Assembly: GCA_000934665.2 (NCBI GenBank)
Contig: JYFJ02000983.1
Span: 62,001 to 102,585, forward strand
Length of the DNA: 40,585 nucleotides
Origin: Catajapyx aquilonaris
Taxonomy: Eukaryota
Direction of reading: 5' to 3'
Shown here: one piece after another, positions 36,613-40,585 of the stretch
Layout: each line of letters starts with the position of its first letter
How positions within the stretch are numbered: the first letter of the stretch is position 1
The notes under the pieces: model-generated
Database searches by the model: none
The model's input: only the letters and a program-made list of their open reading frames with translations
What the model was told of the DNA's origin: nothing
Program-made: the position numbers and the translations under genes

Positions 36613-37882
36613 GAGAAAGAAAAACCGCAATGAGAGTGCATTTATGAGAACAAGAATGAAATATACTGACTTGGTGTGTGATGCACTATTCATGTTAATG
36701 TGACCATTGATTTGTATTTGAGGAGGTAATTTTAACATCTTAGAAGCGAAGGATGAATGAATTCATCGCATTATCGTAAATGTTGTCACCAAATGAATCT
36801 GCATGATACTGTATTTCCTGCAGTTGTCTAATTTACCTTTAAAAAAACTTTGGTTTACCTTGACTGGCGTAGGTATTTTTCCAGATGAAGATACTACAGT
36901 TGTTTGGCACTCATTGCTGCCTGCCTCATTTTTGTTGTCACCTGCACAACCAAAACATTACTATAATATGTTATAATTGGTCTCAGACCTTGCATCCACA
37001 AGCATCATATGCATGGTCTGTATAGTAACAAGTGGTAGGTTCACAGTGGTCTTAATTTTGGGTTGGTTTCTTTCCTTTTCTGTACATTACTTCAACATAC
37101 ACTCCTGACCATGAAATTCTGTTTTGAGTTAGAAAATGTTGCCAAATCACTTCCAGCCATTGCTGCATATCTTAGCATCATTGATATGTGGTGCAGTACA
37201 TTGGCATCATGAATACATTAAAGTACTGTACATATCAGTGATACAATGTGAGGTTGAATGGATTGACAGGAACAGGCTAGACGATGATATAATTTACAAC
37301 TTTTACAGTGCATGCCCTGCGAAACATGTAATATCAAGGTAATATGCATTCAAAAGTACAGGATTGTTTTACATTATATTGTTTTACTGCCAAATTAAAT
37401 AAAAAAAAACTACATCGTCTACATGATCCAAGGGCAGGTAGGACCAAGGGTAGGAAATTTTGTGGTAATAGTACAAGTATTACACAACCCCTTTATTTCC
37501 AAGTTAGTGCCACTTAATTTTTTTGTCAGGTCATCTTCCATAAAGGTGACACCTGAGTGTGAAGTATCCAAATCAATTTTATGGTCAAATGTTATCCAAC
37601 ATATTTAAAACATTACTTTGAGGAGTCGCATTAAAAGCACTGAGAAGAGGACTTAATTTGAGGCAAGAATCATCAAAAAGAAGGTGAGACAGTTTGTGTT
37701 GTCATTTTCTCTTCAGCCAGGCCATATGTGTAAGGTCAAATGACATTACTTTCAAGCATGTACACCACATTCGGTATAACGTGGAAAAACTAGCGGGAGA
37801 GCCAGTTCGTCACACGGCCTGTTTCCATACGGGAAAGTAAGCCAGGATTGCCGCAGACTGGAAAATCCTTAATAGTCATTTA

Positions 37883-38025
37883 GGCCAGGATGCACCGGCT
37901 CCCGGAAAATTTGTGTGGCCGAAGAAGAGCCAGGATTCATTGTTGACAGAATTGTTGACAAGAATGAATGACAAACTATTCTGGTTCTTCTTCGCCCAGA
38001 CAAATTTTCCGGGAGAAACCCGGCC
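37883..38025. mobile_element. PIF/Harbinger-like MITE with TTA target duplication
   Basis: TTA|ggccaggatgcaccggctcccggaaaatttg ... caaattttccgggagaaacccggcc|TTA. Related to 16422-16504. Confidence 0.65.
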
Positions 38026-40585
38026 TTAGACTCAAAATTGTGCAGTGTTCAGACGTTCCCCTCAATTAGCAGCACGTAAACCATCTCGTATTCTCAGTAG
38101 TCCAAGAGTGGGTTAGGTAGCCGGACATACAGACAAACTTATTTCTGCATTATTATGTAAGATATAATTTCCATTTGCTTCTGCCATTTTCAAGTGTGGT
38201 GACATGTTACACCACCATTTAAATGGTCTTTCCTCCGGTATGAGTCTGCCAAACCGTACTGTGGTGAGTTCACTAGGAGCATGTGCAATATTTATATCAT
38301 TACATGTAATTTACCAAATATGTGATCTAATCAGTAATCACACAGTACAGAGCCTTGCATTGTTTTAGATGCTTTTGTACAATTTATTTTTATGTATCAA
38401 TTTATTGTAGCACATTTGTTATATGTGAGTTATATGTTAATTTAACCCGCGAACAATGCAGCCCGCCAATTTTTCTGCTGACCTCCGCTGATTCACTTCA
38501 AAATGTCCGTAATCCCACGACATTTTTCATCCCCCGCAACCCCTGGCATTGTTGGCCTTGATCATCGCCTGCAGTTAATGACGATTAATTATGACCCCTG
38601 TTGTACTGGCTGCCACCAATAATAATATAATGAGAGTTTGTTTGGGGGGGCGCCATCTGTGTGTGGTCGATCTTATCCACGCACAAAACATGGCCGACTT
38701 TCAGTTTGGTGGTAAGGCTTCCGGCGTCCCGTACTTTTATGCCCTTCGTGTACCGTCTTGTGGCCTCGGGGCCGCCCCTGTTTGGCCCCTGATTCGCACC
38801 AGGGGAGACACCAGGGGCAGAGCTGGGGTGGGGCTGAAGGTTGGGGTGGCCCCTGGGACTGCCCCTGGGGCCTGAACTTTGGACCCAAACAAAAGGGGCC
38901 TCGTGATTTCATTGTCCTTTGGTGACGTCCGGTGGTGGTAGGGGCCCCTAGGGTGGCCAGCAGCGGATTTTATTCGGGGGATTCTATGGTTAGGCCTTGG
39001 TTCCACCAGGTAGCCATTGTGCTGTTGGGACTTTTCTTGTTGTTGTTGTTTGGCTGTGGACAGTGAAGCATTTTAGGATTTTTTTATTTGGAAAAAAAAA
39101 CAATTTAAATCATTATTTTGCATATAATCTAGGTCAGGATGTGGGGAATGCCACTTTCAGCTAGAAAATTAATGTGTATTGTTCATATACTACATGGGTT
39201 TAAAAAATGGCATTGCAAGGAGCGTGATCGCTGCGAAATGTTGGTGTACCGGTACGTACAAAACAGTCAATTTAGGAAAAGCGGGAATGTAAAATGTGCT
39301 AGGGGCGGTTTGTAGCATTACTCACTGATTTGTGGGTAGAATATCAAACAAAGGAAAATTGGACACTAGCCACCAGATGCAAGTGCAGTGTCGTACAAAT
39401 GAGTTGTTGCTTTATTTTCATAATGGAAATTGTGATTTCATGTATTAGGCATGCAATGCTTGGGTCCTTTTTAAGTTCACAGGGAAAAGTTCCATCATGA
39501 AATCAATCGGTTCAAATTTTTTTTCTTTTGTTTGGTCGTTTTAGGCTAATGTTTCACATTGGAGGACCATAACACAGTGCTACTTTCGTAGGGACAACTA
39601 AACTTCACATGGAATTGGTGATAACAATAACGTAGATTGGCTTGTAGCCTAGGCTAAAGGCATGTGACCGTACGAGTTGTGGTGCCAAGTGAGGGCTTGA
39701 GGGCCACATGATTGCACCTCGGTTTTAGTGTGTGCCTCATAACATGGCTCTCCTTTGAGCAGATCAACTGCAAGTAATCTCTGCTCACAAAGAGAACTTC
39801 GTGTCCTTGAATTTAGTTTGGTGGCATACCAGTAGGTTTTCTCTCAGAAATGTCTTTAATATTGAAACACACGGTGTTGCACATGCACCTGCGATTTGAA
39901 GGATTGAAACTAGTGTTATGGTACCAGCTTTTTTTATTGAAAATGTGAACGTGTGCGATGGTAAAATTGTCGGATTGTTTTAACAACAGATATGTACTAT
40001 TGTGTTGTGTGGGTAGATGGCACTTCACACCATGTGTTGGACCTGGAAACAAAGGGGGGAAAGGATTTCCCGAGGCATGCTGACCTTAAATGGCAAGTTG
40101 CACATGTATGATGTCACAAAGGGCTTTGAAATGTGCAAAGTAATGATCCCACTGAATACCTCCAGTGTCGCTATGTTCATTCTCTTACGTTATGCTGCAG
40201 TGACAGCCGTTTTATGGTGATCAGTATCAGCCCACACCCACATTGAAGTCTGATACAGTTCAGGCAGGTTCTGAAATGCCGGGTCATGTGGGCTGTTTTT
40301 GGTTTGGAAAGAGGTCAAAATGTTCTCAACTTAGATGTGTGGCAGGTACCTTAGGAATTCCCATTCCTTTATACTTCTAAACAATGGGGTCGCCATATTT
40401 CATTTGTGACATTACAGAATTATCGGGAAGGATTTGAGCAACCTGTCTTACAAATGACTGGTCTTGGGTAGTGCTTATTTTACTGGCGTGTACTATTGAC
40501 CGCAAAAGTAATGTCGCGACTGTTTATGTGCTTTTGTGTTTATATGTTGGTAATCCTGGGCGCTGCCGGGTTACGGACATGTTGA

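Noticed and set aside
38215..38250. HTG-ERPFK zinc-finger linker across a 1-nt frameshift on the minus strand
   Set aside because: No properly spaced Cys/His fingers flank it, so it may be chance.

Overview
Gene-dense eukaryotic genomic DNA, most likely from an arthropod (inferred from an SVWC gene and 53-80 nt introns). I reconstructed the intron-containing genes by hand from splice sites and codon phase. From left to right: (1) an ATG-less terminal exon encoding a piggyBac-type C-terminal cysteine-rich domain; (2) a spliced BED-finger/hAT (ZBED-like) transposase with altered catalytic residues; (3) unassigned spliced exons near 6.1-6.8 kb; (4) a complete UBE2Z; (5) a minus-strand C2H2 zinc-finger gene with a duplicated two-finger module, head-to-head with a NOL7-like gene; (6) a small secreted SVWC/Vago-like gene with a GC-AG intron that the ORF track misses; (7) Rae1; (8) POFUT2 on the minus strand. 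Introns and spacers hold many MITEs (Tc1/mariner, pogo-like, piggyBac-like, PIF/Harbinger-like), mariner remnants and tRNA-derived SINEs. The leading novelty candidates are a possible cassette of transposase-derived, phase-0 alternative 3' exons (0.4-6.8 kb), the duplicated zinc-finger module, a nested fold-back transposon in Rae1 intron 5, and a MITE carrying a tRNA-like Pol III unit. All family assignments come from motif recognition, not database searches.
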